From Patescibacteria group bacterium (lineage in GTDB: Bacteria > Patescibacteriota > Minisyncoccia > Phycocordibacterales > UBA918): a stretch of 64,000 nt of DNA. The stretch covers positions 90,526-154,525 of the forward strand of contig JAIETH010000001.1 in the NCBI GenBank assembly GCA_019745315.1, in the 5' to 3' direction. Within the stretch, counting starts at the first letter, position 1. Each line of letters opens with the position of its first letter. Below, piece by piece: positions 40,863 through 51,751 of this stretch. The position numbers and the translations under genes were made by a program. The notes under the pieces were generated by a model, which searched no databases, was not told the origin of the DNA, and was given only the letters and a program-made list of their open reading frames with translations.

Positions 40863-41960
40863 ATGAATATCTCTGTCGGCATTGTAGGACTCCCAAACGT
40901 TGGTAAATCAACGCTTTTTAATGCGCTCACTCGCAGCTCTGTTCCTGCCCAAAACTATCCATTTTGTACCATTGACCCTTCGGTGGGAATTGTGCCGGTT
41001 CCAGATCCACGTCTTAAGACGCTCTCTGGTATTTCAGGATCAGAGAAAACAATTCCAGCTGTTATTGAATTTGTTGATATTGCAGGTCTTGTGAAGGGTG
41101 CTTCAACAGGAGAGGGGCTCGGAAATCAATTCCTCGCTAATATCCGCGAGGTGGATATGATTGCTGAAATGGTTCGTATCTTTGAAGACGACGATATTAT
41201 TCATGTTGCCGGAGAAGTAAATCCACTTTCTGATATTGAGGTTATTAATCTTGAATTGATACTCTCTGACTCTGAGACAGTTGCGAAACGACTTGTGGCA
41301 GCGGAGCATAATGCAAAGCGCAATGATGCGCAGGCAGCAAAAGAGCTACCGGTATTTGAAAAGCTGGCAAAACACCTTGCAGCAGGGAAGCTTGCAAATA
41401 CACTTCCGCTCGAAGAGGATGAAGAAAAGATTGCATACGGTCTTCATCTCCTTACTAAAAAACCAATTCTTTATATTTTTAATAAAAAGAGTTCTGCGCA
41501 GAACCTCGACGAGCAGAATGATCCGCGATGGCAGGCGCTCATGGATATGGTTGAGGAGACCGGATCACAATATGTGGTTGTGGATGCTGGAGTTGAAGAC
41601 GATCTCAAAGACCTTGATGAGGAGGAGAAACTTGAATTCAGGCGTGAATATGCAACCTTGGATTCTGGGATCGATAATTTGATTCGTGCATGTTATGAGA
41701 AGCTTGGTCTCGCGTCATATTTCACTACAGGAGAAAAAGAGACACGTGCATGGACTATTGCGCGAGGTTCAACGGCACCAGTTGCGGGACAGGCAATCCA
41801 TACTGACTTTAAGGATAAATTTATCCGAGCACAGGTTGTTGCTTTTGAAGATTTGGTGCGTGCAGGAAGCGTTGCAGCAGCTCGTGAGACAGGAAAGCTT
41901 CGTACTGAAGGAAAAGAGTATATTGTGAAGGATGGAGACGTGATTGAGTTTTTGATTTAA
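40863..41960 (+). CDS. ychF: Ribosome-binding ATPase YchF
   Basis: 'GIVGLPNVGKSTLFNALT', TGS C-terminal domain. Confidence 0.9.
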   Translation: MNISVGIVGLPNVGKSTLFNALTRSSVPAQNYPFCTIDPSVGIVPVPDPRLKTLSGISGSEKTIPAVIEFVDIAGLVKGASTGEGLGNQFLANIREVDMIAEMVRIFEDDDIIHVAGEVNPLSDIEVINLELILSDSETVAKRLVAAEHNAKRNDAQAAKELPVFEKLAKHLAAGKLANTLPLEEDEEKIAYGLHLLTKKPILYIFNKKSSAQNLDEQNDPRWQALMDMVEETGSQYVVVDAGVEDDLKDLDEEEKLEFRREYATLDSGIDNLIRACYEKLGLASYFTTGEKETRAWTIARGSTAPVAGQAIHTDFKDKFIRAQVVAFEDLVRAGSVAAARETGKLRTEGKEYIVKDGDVIEFLI

Positions 41961-42073
41961 AGAAGAAATACATCCTAAAAACAGACGTTTGTGCTATTTG
42001 CGCAAACGTCTGTTTTGGTATATTACGGTACCAATGTCCAATGCCGGGCAGAGATCTTTGAGGAGATCCTCAG

Positions 42074-42739
42074 ATGACAAGGCCGAAACCCAATATCTTC
42101 GTGATGGAGAACGATGGGGCCATTCGGGTCGGGGTTCGTCCCGATGGCCCGCATGGCTTTTCTCACCGAACACGGGATCTGAAAGACAGTGTGCCTGTCT
42201 TCCTTTCCAAGAATACTCCTCCTCGCTTCAAGGGAAGGGTGCTGGTTGAAGGCATTCTCTCGAAGAGCGAGAAAGGAGTCTTTCACATATCGCAGAGGCG
42301 CTCCTGGCGCGGCGCGCTGCTTCATGTGAGGGTGAGCCCCGATTTCCTCTTTCCGTCACATGTAGGCACGCACCTGTCTGTGGAAAATGCCTATCCGGGC
42401 ATCGAACACAGTGGTGGGTTCTTCTTCCAGATGGGGAGACGTGCCTCTACGTCTCAAGTGCAGTGGGCTGCGCTTGAAGAAGGAATGTCTATCCATGTTG
42501 CCGACACTGGCGGTATTCATGTTCGATACCTCAGGGTCACATGGACGGGCGACTGGCTTCAGGTTCTGCCAGCAACAAAGGAGGGGGTCGCGCAGACGCT
42601 GGTTGATCGCCTTCTTCGGCAAAGAAATCCCACCCATGTCGCCCTGACATGGACTTATGCAACGCTCCGAAGGCTCGAATGTCGGGCGCTCTGGCCAGCG
42701 ACGCTCGAGAGACGGTTGCGGGAACTGTCGCACAGGTAA
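42074..42739 (+). CDS. Hypothetical protein, GC-rich cassette
   Basis: GC-rich third positions. 'TTGGTATATTACGG' promoter-like element upstream. Hairpin + T6 'ATTACC' terminator downstream. Confidence 0.45.
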   Translation: MTRPKPNIFVMENDGAIRVGVRPDGPHGFSHRTRDLKDSVPVFLSKNTPPRFKGRVLVEGILSKSEKGVFHISQRRSWRGALLHVRVSPDFLFPSHVGTHLSVENAYPGIEHSGGFFFQMGRRASTSQVQWAALEEGMSIHVADTGGIHVRYLRVTWTGDWLQVLPATKEGVAQTLVDRLLRQRNPTHVALTWTYATLRRLECRALWPATLERRLRELSHR

Positions 42740-42804
42740 TGCACTCACGGGTGCATTTTTTATTACCTTTACTCGTAATCTTTTTTACAGCATAATGTAC
42801 GGAT

Positions 42805-43758
42805 ATGAATGAAAAAAATACACCGCGAGATTTTTTCTTGCACGCAGGGGCTTTTATTACTCTTTATTTTAGTGCTATTGCTCTTATCACATTACTCTTT
42901 GCGGTAATCAATCAGGCGTTCCCTGATCCACTTTCTGTACAGTACTACTACGATCCATACACAGGGCCAATACGTTTTGCAATTGCGTCCCTCTTTGTGC
43001 TTACGCCACTTACGGTCTATCTTTTTTATATAGTACAGAAAGAAGCCCGTCTCATTCCTGAACGACGCACCCTTGGTGTGCGTAAATGGTTGACGTACAT
43101 TACGCTCTTTATTGCAGGGATTACTGTAGTGGGAGATTTGATTGTATTGATCGACAGTTTTCTTGGGGGAACACTTCCGACACCATTTCTTTTGAAAGCA
43201 GCACTTCTCCTCGTGGTTATGGGTGGAGGGTTGTGGTATTTCTTGCTTGATATTCGTGGGTATTGGATGGAGCACGCTGCAGGTTCACGATATGTAGGTA
43301 TTGGAGTTCTTGGTGTGGTGTTGGGCTCTATTGTTGGAGGAATGATGCTTATCGGAAGTCCTATGATGCAGAGAGATTTGCGTATTGATAACCAGCAAGT
43401 ATCTGACCTTAGCAGTATCTCTCAGTCAGCTTTGAGCTACTGGCAGCAGACAAAGAAGATTCCAGCGACTCTCGACGCAATGGAGAATGACCTTGGATGG
43501 TACCAGATTCCAAAGAGTCCAGAAGGACAACCTGCATATGAGTATATTCCTGTAAGTGACCTCTCATTTAAGGTGTGTGCGACATTCAAGCGTGAGTCAA
43601 CAGATGACATTAATGCAAATGTAATGTACCAAGGACAAGGATTTGTTGAAGAAGGTGAACAATGGAAGCACAAAGCTGGATACACCTGCTTTACTCGCAC
43701 CATTGATCCAGCATTGTTTAATCCGATGCCAGTAGATCTTCCGGTTACACCATTGTAG
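42805..43758 (+). CDS. Hypothetical membrane protein (five TM helices plus a C-terminal extracytoplasmic domain)
   Basis: Hydropathy pattern read from the translation. Confidence 0.55.
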   Translation: MNEKNTPRDFFLHAGAFITLYFSAIALITLLFAVINQAFPDPLSVQYYYDPYTGPIRFAIASLFVLTPLTVYLFYIVQKEARLIPERRTLGVRKWLTYITLFIAGITVVGDLIVLIDSFLGGTLPTPFLLKAALLLVVMGGGLWYFLLDIRGYWMEHAAGSRYVGIGVLGVVLGSIVGGMMLIGSPMMQRDLRIDNQQVSDLSSISQSALSYWQQTKKIPATLDAMENDLGWYQIPKSPEGQPAYEYIPVSDLSFKVCATFKRESTDDINANVMYQGQGFVEEGEQWKHKAGYTCFTRTIDPALFNPMPVDLPVTPL

Positions 43759-43771
43759 ACGCTCCTTATAC

Positions 43772-46219
43772 ATGCAAAAAAAGTTTGATCACGTTGCGAT
43801 AGAAAAAAAATGGCAGGAACAGTGGAAGGCGCGTGATATTTATAGAACAGAAGAAATATCAGAGAAGCCAAAAGCATATGTTCTTGATATGTTTCCGTAT
43901 CCTTCGGGAGAGGGTTTGCACGTGGGTCATCCAAAGGGCTATATAGCGACAGATGTCTATTCTCGCTTTAAGAAGATGTCAGGGTTTGAAGTATTGCATC
44001 CGATGGGATGGGATGCTTTTGGTTTGCCTGCTGAAAATTATGCAATCAAGAATAAAGTGCACCCACGAGTTGCGGTTGAGAAAAATATTGCAAACTTTAA
44101 GGCACAACTTAATCAGCTTGGTTTTAACTATGACTGGAGTCGCGAGATAAATACGACTGACCCGGAATACTATAGATGGACACAGTGGATTTTCTTAAAG
44201 CTCCTTGAGAAAGGTCTTGCGTATCAGTCATACGAGCCTATTAACTGGTGTCCTTCGTGTCAGACAGGTCTTGCGAACGAGGATCTTGAAAGTGATGGAA
44301 CCTGTGAGCGATGTGGAAGTGTGGTAGAGAAGCGTCCAATGCGACAGTGGGTGCTGAAGATTACGGAGTATGCAGATCGGATGCTTCAAGATTTAGATAG
44401 TCTGGCGTGGCCAGAGCATATCAAAAACCTTCAGCGTAACTGGATAGGTCGCTCGGTTGGAGCAGAAATTTCTTTTGCTCTTTCGACAGGAGATTCTGTG
44501 ACGGTATTTACAACCCGCCCCGATACACTCTTTGGCGCAACGTATTTGGTACTCGCTCCTGAGCATCCGCTTGTTGAAAAGCTAAAAAGCGCAAGTACAA
44601 ATGCTGAGGCTATTACGTTTTACCAGCATGAAGCTGCTCGCAAAAAAGATATTGAACGTATTGCTGAGGGGAAAGAGAAAACAGGTGTACCACTTCTCGG
44701 TGTGACCGCACAAAATCCTGCAAGTGGAGAGACTATTCCTGTCTTTATCGCTGATTATGTGCTCGGACACTATGGAACGGGGGCGATTATGGCGGTTCCT
44801 GCGCACGATGAACGTGATTTTGCATTTGCACAGAAATATGAGCTTTCTATAAAGCCTGTTGTCGAAGGAGGTGGAAATATACACTATAGTGATGTTCTGG
44901 GTGATATTGAAAAAGCTAATGCAGCTGAGACTGTAAATAATAAACCTTTTACAGGAAACGGGTATTTGATTAATTCACCAAGTTTCAATGGTCTTTCTTC
45001 AGAAGAGGCGAAGAAAAAAATTACTGAATCAGTTGGGGGAAAAGAAACGAAAACATACAAGATACGTGACTGGGTCTTTTCTCGACAGCGCTACTGGGGT
45101 GAACCAATTCCAGTTATTCATTGTGAGAAATGTGGCGTAGTACCCGTGCCAGAGAATCAGCTTCCTGTGACGTTACCTGAAGTGGAAGAGTACGCTCCAA
45201 CAGGAACAGGAGAGTCGCCTCTAGCTGATATCGAGAGTTGGGTTAATGTGCCGTGTCCTACCTGTGGAGGTCCTGGAAAACGAGAGACTAACACAATGCC
45301 ACAGTGGGCAGGGTCTTCATGGTACTACCTACGATTTATTGATCCACATAATGCATCTGCACTTGTTGATGTTGATAAAGAGAAAAAGTGGTCTCCGGTT
45401 GATGTCTATGTGGGGGGAGATCATGCAGTCCGACATCTTATCTATGCACGCTTCTGGCACAAGTTTCTTTATGACATTGGGGCGGTAAGTACTATTGAGC
45501 CATTTGCGCGTCTTGAGTTTCTTGGGTTTATTCTTGCTGAAGATGGTCGGAAGATGTCTAAGCGATGGGGGAATATCATCAATCCTTCAGTTATTGTGGA
45601 AAAGAACGGTGCCGATACCCTCAGAGTCTATGAAATGTTTATGGGGCCTTTTGAAAACACTATTGCGTGGAGTACAGAAGGGCTTATAGGAGCACAACGC
45701 TTTCTCGATCGGGTATTTGGGCTCCGTGAGCATATTACAGAGACTGAAAATACTCTGGTGACCACCCTTATACACGAAACCATTCAAAAAGTGGCGAGTG
45801 ATATTGAGCAGTTTAAGTTCAATACCGCTATTTCTGCGATGATGATCTTTTTGAACCTTGCAGAGAAGGAAGGTCTGTCGAAGGAGAGCTATATGTCGTT
45901 CTTAAAGCTCTTGGCACCATTTGCTCCCCATGTGACTGAAGAGTTGTGGGAGACTTTGGGAGAGAAAGAATCCATACATCAAGCCGTATTTCCTGTTGCT
46001 GATACATCAGTGTTGGCAAAAAAAGAAGTAACTATCGCAGTGCAGTGTAATGGAAAGATGCGAGGTGTGGTAACTGTTCCGAGTGGAAGTACTGAAGAAT
46101 ATGTGAAAAAAGCCGTCCTTTCTGACGCAGTATTGCGTGAACATGTAGAGAAAGTAGGGGAGGCCCGGGTCATCTTTGTGGAGAACAAAATAATCAGTTT
46201 TGTTGGGGTAGGGGTCTAA
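43772..46219 (+). CDS. leuS: Leucine--tRNA ligase
   Basis: 'PYPSGEGLHVGH' HIGH and 'KMSKR' KMSKS motifs, plus CP1 editing region. Confidence 0.95.
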   Translation: MQKKFDHVAIEKKWQEQWKARDIYRTEEISEKPKAYVLDMFPYPSGEGLHVGHPKGYIATDVYSRFKKMSGFEVLHPMGWDAFGLPAENYAIKNKVHPRVAVEKNIANFKAQLNQLGFNYDWSREINTTDPEYYRWTQWIFLKLLEKGLAYQSYEPINWCPSCQTGLANEDLESDGTCERCGSVVEKRPMRQWVLKITEYADRMLQDLDSLAWPEHIKNLQRNWIGRSVGAEISFALSTGDSVTVFTTRPDTLFGATYLVLAPEHPLVEKLKSASTNAEAITFYQHEAARKKDIERIAEGKEKTGVPLLGVTAQNPASGETIPVFIADYVLGHYGTGAIMAVPAHDERDFAFAQKYELSIKPVVEGGGNIHYSDVLGDIEKANAAETVNNKPFTGNGYLINSPSFNGLSSEEAKKKITESVGGKETKTYKIRDWVFSRQRYWGEPIPVIHCEKCGVVPVPENQLPVTLPEVEEYAPTGTGESPLADIESWVNVPCPTCGGPGKRETNTMPQWAGSSWYYLRFIDPHNASALVDVDKEKKWSPVDVYVGGDHAVRHLIYARFWHKFLYDIGAVSTIEPFARLEFLGFILAEDGRKMSKRWGNIINPSVIVEKNGADTLRVYEMFMGPFENTIAWSTEGLIGAQRFLDRVFGLREHITETENTLVTTLIHETIQKVASDIEQFKFNTAISAMMIFLNLAEKEGLSKESYMSFLKLLAPFAPHVTEELWETLGEKESIHQAVFPVADTSVLAKKEVTIAVQCNGKMRGVVTVPSGSTEEYVKKAVLSDAVLREHVEKVGEARVIFVENKIISFVGVGV

Positions 46220-46294
46220 ACCTGGGTTGGGGTCAAAACTTGACGTATATTTATAAATATGATACAAACAAGCATACAACTATAAAAAACAGAT

Positions 46295-47326
46295 ATGTCT
46301 AGTATGTCATTTAAACCTAAACAAGCGACCAAAAAGCTTCTCGGAGCCCTTTCTCCTCGTGCCCAGGATGTCCTGACAAAGCGCTATGGACTTGATACCG
46401 AGGCACATTCTCATACCCTTGAGGCTATTGGACAGATCTACGGCATCACTCGCGAGCGCGTGCGTCAGATTGAGAATCACGCTCTTCACTCTATTCAGAA
46501 ATCAGATGCGTATAAAGAGTTCAAAACTCTCTTTGAGGAGCTTGAAACCGAAGTTGCACGCCTTGGACATATCATTGCTGAGCACGAACTTCTTGAAGCT
46601 TTGGGTAAGGACTCATCATCAAAAAACCACGTATTTTTCTTATTGACTCTCGGAACTCCATTTACACGCTCAAAAGAGGATGATGACTTCCATCACCGTT
46701 GGCACACAGAGCCAAAGGTTGCAGACATGGTAGAAAAAGCTCTTGCTCGTATGCACGAGTCTCTCTCTGAGGATGATCTTCTTTCAGAAGAAGATATGAT
46801 GAAGCGTTTTGTAGAGAATCTTGATGAAGCTGTTGCTCGTGAGAATGACGAAGCGACACTCTACCGATGGCTCGGACTTTCTAAGCGTATTGCAAAGAAT
46901 CCACTTGGAGAATGGGGGGTTGCCTCAAGTCCAAATGTGCGCGCAAAGGGAATTCGCGATTTCGCATACCTTGCAGTTAAGCGTCACGGTTCTCCAATGC
47001 ACTTTAGAGAAGTTGCAAAATCTATTGAAGAACTTTTTGCTCGTCAGGCTCATGTAGCAACATGTCACAATGAATTGATTAAAGATAAGCGTTTTGTACT
47101 TGTTGGACGCGGTCTTTACGCACTCACTGAATGGGGATACTCAGCAGGAGTTGTAAAGGATGTACTCCGCGAAATTCTTCGCAAAGAAGGAGCTCTTACA
47201 CGAAATGAGATTATCGATCGTGTGCGTCGCGAGCGCTATGTGAAGGACAATACTATTGTGGTAAACCTCCAAGACCTCGCCCTCTTCAAGAAGCTTTCTG
47301 ATGGACGATACGCACTTGCTGACTAA
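46295..47326 (+). CDS. Protein with N-terminal sigma-70 region-4 HTH and an unknown C-terminal domain
   Basis: 'LSPRAQDVLTKRYGLDTEAHSHTLEAIGQIYGITRERVRQIENHALHSI' strongly matches sigma r4. Confidence 0.55.
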   Translation: MSSMSFKPKQATKKLLGALSPRAQDVLTKRYGLDTEAHSHTLEAIGQIYGITRERVRQIENHALHSIQKSDAYKEFKTLFEELETEVARLGHIIAEHELLEALGKDSSSKNHVFFLLTLGTPFTRSKEDDDFHHRWHTEPKVADMVEKALARMHESLSEDDLLSEEDMMKRFVENLDEAVARENDEATLYRWLGLSKRIAKNPLGEWGVASSPNVRAKGIRDFAYLAVKRHGSPMHFREVAKSIEELFARQAHVATCHNELIKDKRFVLVGRGLYALTEWGYSAGVVKDVLREILRKEGALTRNEIIDRVRRERYVKDNTIVVNLQDLALFKKLSDGRYALAD

Positions 47327-47391
47327 TACTATAGACATAGCCCACACAAAAGCCTCCATGATTGGAGGCTTTTGTTATACAATAAGAGTAC

Positions 47392-48738
47392 ATGTCACAG
47401 AAAGGGAATCCTATCCAAAGCTTCCTCCATTTTTTCGATGATTTCGGACTCAATAGCGTTTGGATTTTAGTTGTATTTGGTTTTGGAATGATTGTGTTTG
47501 CGCTTTCAGTTATTCCAATACCAGCAAGTCGTTGGCTTGGTATTGCATTTGCAACGAGCCCGCTCTGGCTTCCGTACGTGCTCTTCTTTATCTTTTTTAA
47601 GAAATGGCTGTATTACATCCAGCTTCACTTTTGGCTCGCACAAGGGAGAACAACACTTGAATTACAGTTCCCACAAGAAATATTTAAGTCGCCCCTTGCT
47701 ATGGAGATGGTGTTGACGCAGATGTATCAAACTGCAAGTCCTGACAACCATATTCAGACCTATTGGGATGGGAAGCATCCTCCGACCTATGGACTTGAAA
47801 TAGTCTCAGATGGTGGACGAGTATCTTTTTATATAAATACTCCTGCAAAGAAGTTTAAAAATATGTGGGAGACGCATCTGTATGCTCAATATCCGGGCAT
47901 TATTGTGCGAGAGCTGCCGGTTGATTACACTGCGGCGGTGCCATGGGACCCAAAGCGTTTTTTGTATTTCTCCATTCACTACATGCTTAAAAAGCCTGAT
48001 GCGTATCCGATTAAAACATACATTGATTACGGACTTGATCAGGATCCAAAAGAAGAATTTAAAATTGATCCACTTGCACCAGTTATTGAAACACTTGGCT
48101 CTATCGGTCCTGGAGAAAAGATGTGGATTCAAATTCTCATCAGTGCTCACCGTAAAGAAGATTTTAAGGTAGGGAGCTTGACTGCAAAATCAGACTGGAA
48201 AGAAGCAGTCCAAAAAGAGATTGACGGTATTGCACAGCGAGACACAAAAACAAAAAAAGGTGCAGCTGAAACAGAGATGGCGCCTCGTGTGACGCCAAAA
48301 GAAAAAGATACACTCATAGCTCTTGAGCGAAGTCTTTCAAAGTATGCGTTTAATACAAAGATTCGTACGATGTATATCGCTGAGTCAGACAAAGCACTGC
48401 CAGGAGAGCGTATTGGGCCTATGGTAGGTTTTTGGCGACATCTCGATGATATCTCTCGGAATAGTATTGGTCTTATTTGGCGAACTGACGTGAACTGGCC
48501 ATTATGGCAGGATCGTTCAGGAAAGCAGCGGCTTCATATGAAGCAGGAGGAGCTTCATGAATACAAGTTGCGCGAATATGAGGAAAAAACTCCTACAGAT
48601 CATGGCTTTATTATGACCACTGAAGAATTGGCGACCCTCTTTAGACCTGTTGGTCAAACTGTTACGACCCCTACTCTTGAACGGGTTTCTTCTGCCCGCT
48701 CTGAACCTCCAGCGAATTTGCCGCGTGGTAATGTATAG
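47392..48738 (+). CDS. Hypothetical membrane protein (448 aa)
   Basis: Two N-terminal TM helices. No recognisable motifs. Confidence 0.5.
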   Translation: MSQKGNPIQSFLHFFDDFGLNSVWILVVFGFGMIVFALSVIPIPASRWLGIAFATSPLWLPYVLFFIFFKKWLYYIQLHFWLAQGRTTLELQFPQEIFKSPLAMEMVLTQMYQTASPDNHIQTYWDGKHPPTYGLEIVSDGGRVSFYINTPAKKFKNMWETHLYAQYPGIIVRELPVDYTAAVPWDPKRFLYFSIHYMLKKPDAYPIKTYIDYGLDQDPKEEFKIDPLAPVIETLGSIGPGEKMWIQILISAHRKEDFKVGSLTAKSDWKEAVQKEIDGIAQRDTKTKKGAAETEMAPRVTPKEKDTLIALERSLSKYAFNTKIRTMYIAESDKALPGERIGPMVGFWRHLDDISRNSIGLIWRTDVNWPLWQDRSGKQRLHMKQEELHEYKLREYEEKTPTDHGFIMTTEELATLFRPVGQTVTTPTLERVSSARSEPPANLPRGNV

Positions 48739-48741
48739 CCT

Positions 48742-49731
48742 GTGAACGAATCCATGCCTCCCTTGATTGCAGAGCGAAAATCACTGCCTACGAAAGTAGT
48801 TTTCTTTACTGTTTCTTTTCTATTGTTACTTTTTATTTTTGTGGTGGTGCGTATTAATTCAGCACCAGATGATTTTCCGATTGGCGAACGTGTAGTGATT
48901 GAAGAGGGAGCAAGCCTTAATGATATAAGTCATACGCTTGCACGTAAGAATATTGTACGCTCAGCGTTTCTCTTTAGAGGTATTGTTATTTTCTATGGCA
49001 AAGAAGAATCACTTCGTGCCGGGCCTCATGTGTTTGTCGAGCCACTCACAGCGTTTGGAGTTGCTCGCTCTTTTATACAACAATCTTCGCTTATAGCTCC
49101 TGCTCGAGTCACTATTCCTGAAGGTTCTCGTTTATCTGAGTTTGATGCGCTTCTTCATGCTGCAGTCCCTGAGATTCCGGAAGGTGCGCTTATAGAAGCG
49201 GTCGGCGGAGAAGAAGGAGTATTATTTCCGGATACGTACTTTATCCCAGAGACATATATCGTTCTTGATGTTGCGTCTCTCCTTACAGAGACATTTGCTG
49301 AAAAACTTGCGCCATATAGAGATGCCATTCTCGCATCTGGTTTCACTGAACGAGAAGTTATAATACTCGCTTCTATTCTTGAAAAAGAAGGAAGTGATGC
49401 AGAGTCTATGCGTCTCATATCAGGCATTCTTCAGAAAAGGCTCTCTATAGGAATGGCGTTACAAGTAGATGCGACATTTACCTATCTTCTTGGCAAAACA
49501 AGCGCAGAGCTGACTTTGAATGATTTAGAAATAGATTCTCCGTTTAATACCTACAACAATAGAGGATTGCCCCCATCTCCTATAGGAAGTCCAGGTATTA
49601 AAGCTATTGAGGCCGTATTGAATCCGACGGAGTCTCCATATCTCTACTATCTCACTGATGAGGACGGTGTGTTCTATTATGCAGAGACATTTGAAGAGCA
49701 TAAGAAAAATAAAGAACGTTACTTGCGGTAG
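48742..49731 (+). CDS. mltG: Endolytic murein transglycosylase MltG paralog (YceG-like)
   Basis: 'FNTYNNRGLPPSPIGSPG' YceG signature. N-terminal TM. Confidence 0.8.
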   Translation: MNESMPPLIAERKSLPTKVVFFTVSFLLLLFIFVVVRINSAPDDFPIGERVVIEEGASLNDISHTLARKNIVRSAFLFRGIVIFYGKEESLRAGPHVFVEPLTAFGVARSFIQQSSLIAPARVTIPEGSRLSEFDALLHAAVPEIPEGALIEAVGGEEGVLFPDTYFIPETYIVLDVASLLTETFAEKLAPYRDAILASGFTEREVIILASILEKEGSDAESMRLISGILQKRLSIGMALQVDATFTYLLGKTSAELTLNDLEIDSPFNTYNNRGLPPSPIGSPGIKAIEAVLNPTESPYLYYLTDEDGVFYYAETFEEHKKNKERYLR

Positions 49732-49770
49732 ATTCTTGTGCTCCGTACCATTTATCGGTACTCTCTTGAT

Positions 49771-50859
49771 ATGAGCGTGGCAAAGAAAGTCGTATTTGTG
49801 GGAATGTCAGGGGGCGTTGACTCGTCTGTTTCGGCGTATCTGCTTAAACAGCAGGGCTATACGGTCGTGGGTGTTTTTATAAAGGTATGGCACCCAGATT
49901 TTTTGGAGTGTCATTGGGAACAGGAGCGGCTTGATGCTATGCGCGTTGCGGCACATCTTGAGATACCGTTTCTTACGTGTGACGCAGAAGATGCGTACAA
50001 AAAAGATGTTGCTGACTACTTTATAGCTGAATATAAAGCAGGACGAACACCTAATCCTGACGTGATGTGCAATACCTTCGTTAAGTTTGGAAGATTTTAT
50101 GAATTTGCTCGGGAGCGGGGTGCTGATTACATAGCGACAGGTCATTATGCTCGTGTGGTCAAAGATGGAGATCGGTCTGTGTTGCTTCGAGGTATAGATA
50201 CAGAAAAAGATCAGAGCTATTTTTTATGGAATATTGCGGAGGAGGCACTCTCTCACACACTTTTTCCTATTGGAGACCTTACGAAAAAAGAAGTGCGTGT
50301 CATCGCAGAGAAGGCAGGTCTTCCTACTGCAACGAAGGATGAAAGTCAAGGTGTGTGTTTCTTGGGGCATATTGATATCCCTGAATTCCTCGCTCACTTT
50401 ATTGAGTTACATGAAGGAGAAGTTCGCACTGAAGAGGGGGTGGTTATAGGTTCTCATAGAGGATCAGAGCTTTTGACTATCGGACAGCGACATGGATTTA
50501 CGATTGATACTACTCGTACGTCAAATAATTCTGAAACAGCGCCATACTATGTAATTGAGAAAGATGTGGCCACTAATACAATTACTGTCTCGCATAAAAA
50601 ACCAGAAATACACAAAGAAGGTTCACGACTCATCCTTTCATCTGCTCGGTGTGACGAAGGAGTTATCAATGCTCCAATACATGTGCAAACACGCTACAGA
50701 CAAATACCAATTCCTGCTCGTATAGAACGCATTTCAAATTCCCTCGTTGAGATTTCTCTTTCTGGGATAGCGGAGTATCCTGCTGTCGGTCAGTTTTGTG
50801 TTATATACGCAGGCGATAGAGTGTGTGGAGGTGGTATCATTGAGGACATACGAGTTTGA
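49771..50859 (+). CDS. mnmA: tRNA-specific 2-thiouridylase
   Basis: 'VVFVGMSGGVDSSVSAYLL' PP-loop. Catalytic Cys region 'GVCF'. Confidence 0.9.
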   Translation: MSVAKKVVFVGMSGGVDSSVSAYLLKQQGYTVVGVFIKVWHPDFLECHWEQERLDAMRVAAHLEIPFLTCDAEDAYKKDVADYFIAEYKAGRTPNPDVMCNTFVKFGRFYEFARERGADYIATGHYARVVKDGDRSVLLRGIDTEKDQSYFLWNIAEEALSHTLFPIGDLTKKEVRVIAEKAGLPTATKDESQGVCFLGHIDIPEFLAHFIELHEGEVRTEEGVVIGSHRGSELLTIGQRHGFTIDTTRTSNNSETAPYYVIEKDVATNTITVSHKKPEIHKEGSRLILSSARCDEGVINAPIHVQTRYRQIPIPARIERISNSLVEISLSGIAEYPAVGQFCVIYAGDRVCGGGIIEDIRV

Positions 50860-50867
50860 AATAATCT

Positions 50868-51707
50868 ATGCCACACAGTATTAATGTACGAAAAGCAGAC
50901 GGAACGCTCGAGGCTTTCAGAATGGAAAAACTCACTGACTCTTTGAGGCGCTCGGGAGCAACGGATGGGGAGGTGGTACATATAACGCGAGACATAGAAA
51001 AAACACTCGTTGACGGTATGACGACCGAAGCGATTTACAAAAAAGCCTTTACCCTATTGCGGAGTGGGGAGCATTTGACCGCTGCTCGTTATTCACTCCG
51101 ACGCGCCATGACAGGACTTGGCCCGACAGGATTTCCGTTTGAAGATTACCTCGCTCGTCTTTTTACGTATCAGGGATACAGTGTGGATGCTCGCGTGGAG
51201 CTTCAGGGGAAATGCATTTCTCATGAAATTGATATGCTCGCATTTAAAGAGGGGGTATGTCTCATAGGAGAAGCAAAGTTCCATGCACAAGTTGGTGTGA
51301 AGTCTGATGTACAAGTTGCATTGTATTCGCACGCACGATTCCTTGATATTGCGAGTGTTCCTATGCAAGGGAAGCTTGCCAATACTAAGCTTGAGTCATA
51401 TCTCATAACGAATACAAAGTTTACTTCGATGGCAATACAGTATGCAGAATGTGTCGGTACGCACTTGCTCTCATGGGATTATCCGAAGGTAGGGAATCTC
51501 CAGGAATTGATTCAAACATCAGGACTCTATCCAGTGACAGTTCTTCAGACACTCTCTCTCGCAGAGAAACGAAGTCTTCTTTCACAGGGTACTGTGCTCT
51601 GTAAAGATATTCTTGACAACGATTCTGTATTAAGTTCTATTGGTGTTTCTCGTACGAAAATAAGCCGTGTTTTAGACGAAGGTTCACGTCTCTGTATAAT
51701 TAAATAG
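50868..51707 (+). CDS. ATP-cone domain fused to a Mrr-like restriction-endonuclease (PD-(D/E)xK) domain
   Basis: N-terminal 'VRKADGTLEAFRMEKL...' ATP-cone. 'IDMLAFKEGVCLIGEAKFH' D...EAK nuclease core. Confidence 0.6.
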   Translation: MPHSINVRKADGTLEAFRMEKLTDSLRRSGATDGEVVHITRDIEKTLVDGMTTEAIYKKAFTLLRSGEHLTAARYSLRRAMTGLGPTGFPFEDYLARLFTYQGYSVDARVELQGKCISHEIDMLAFKEGVCLIGEAKFHAQVGVKSDVQVALYSHARFLDIASVPMQGKLANTKLESYLITNTKFTSMAIQYAECVGTHLLSWDYPKVGNLQELIQTSGLYPVTVLQTLSLAEKRSLLSQGTVLCKDILDNDSVLSSIGVSRTKISRVLDEGSRLCIIK

Positions 51708-51751
51708 GCTATGTTATACTATCAGCCATTAATAATGGTTAGTATTCCTAT

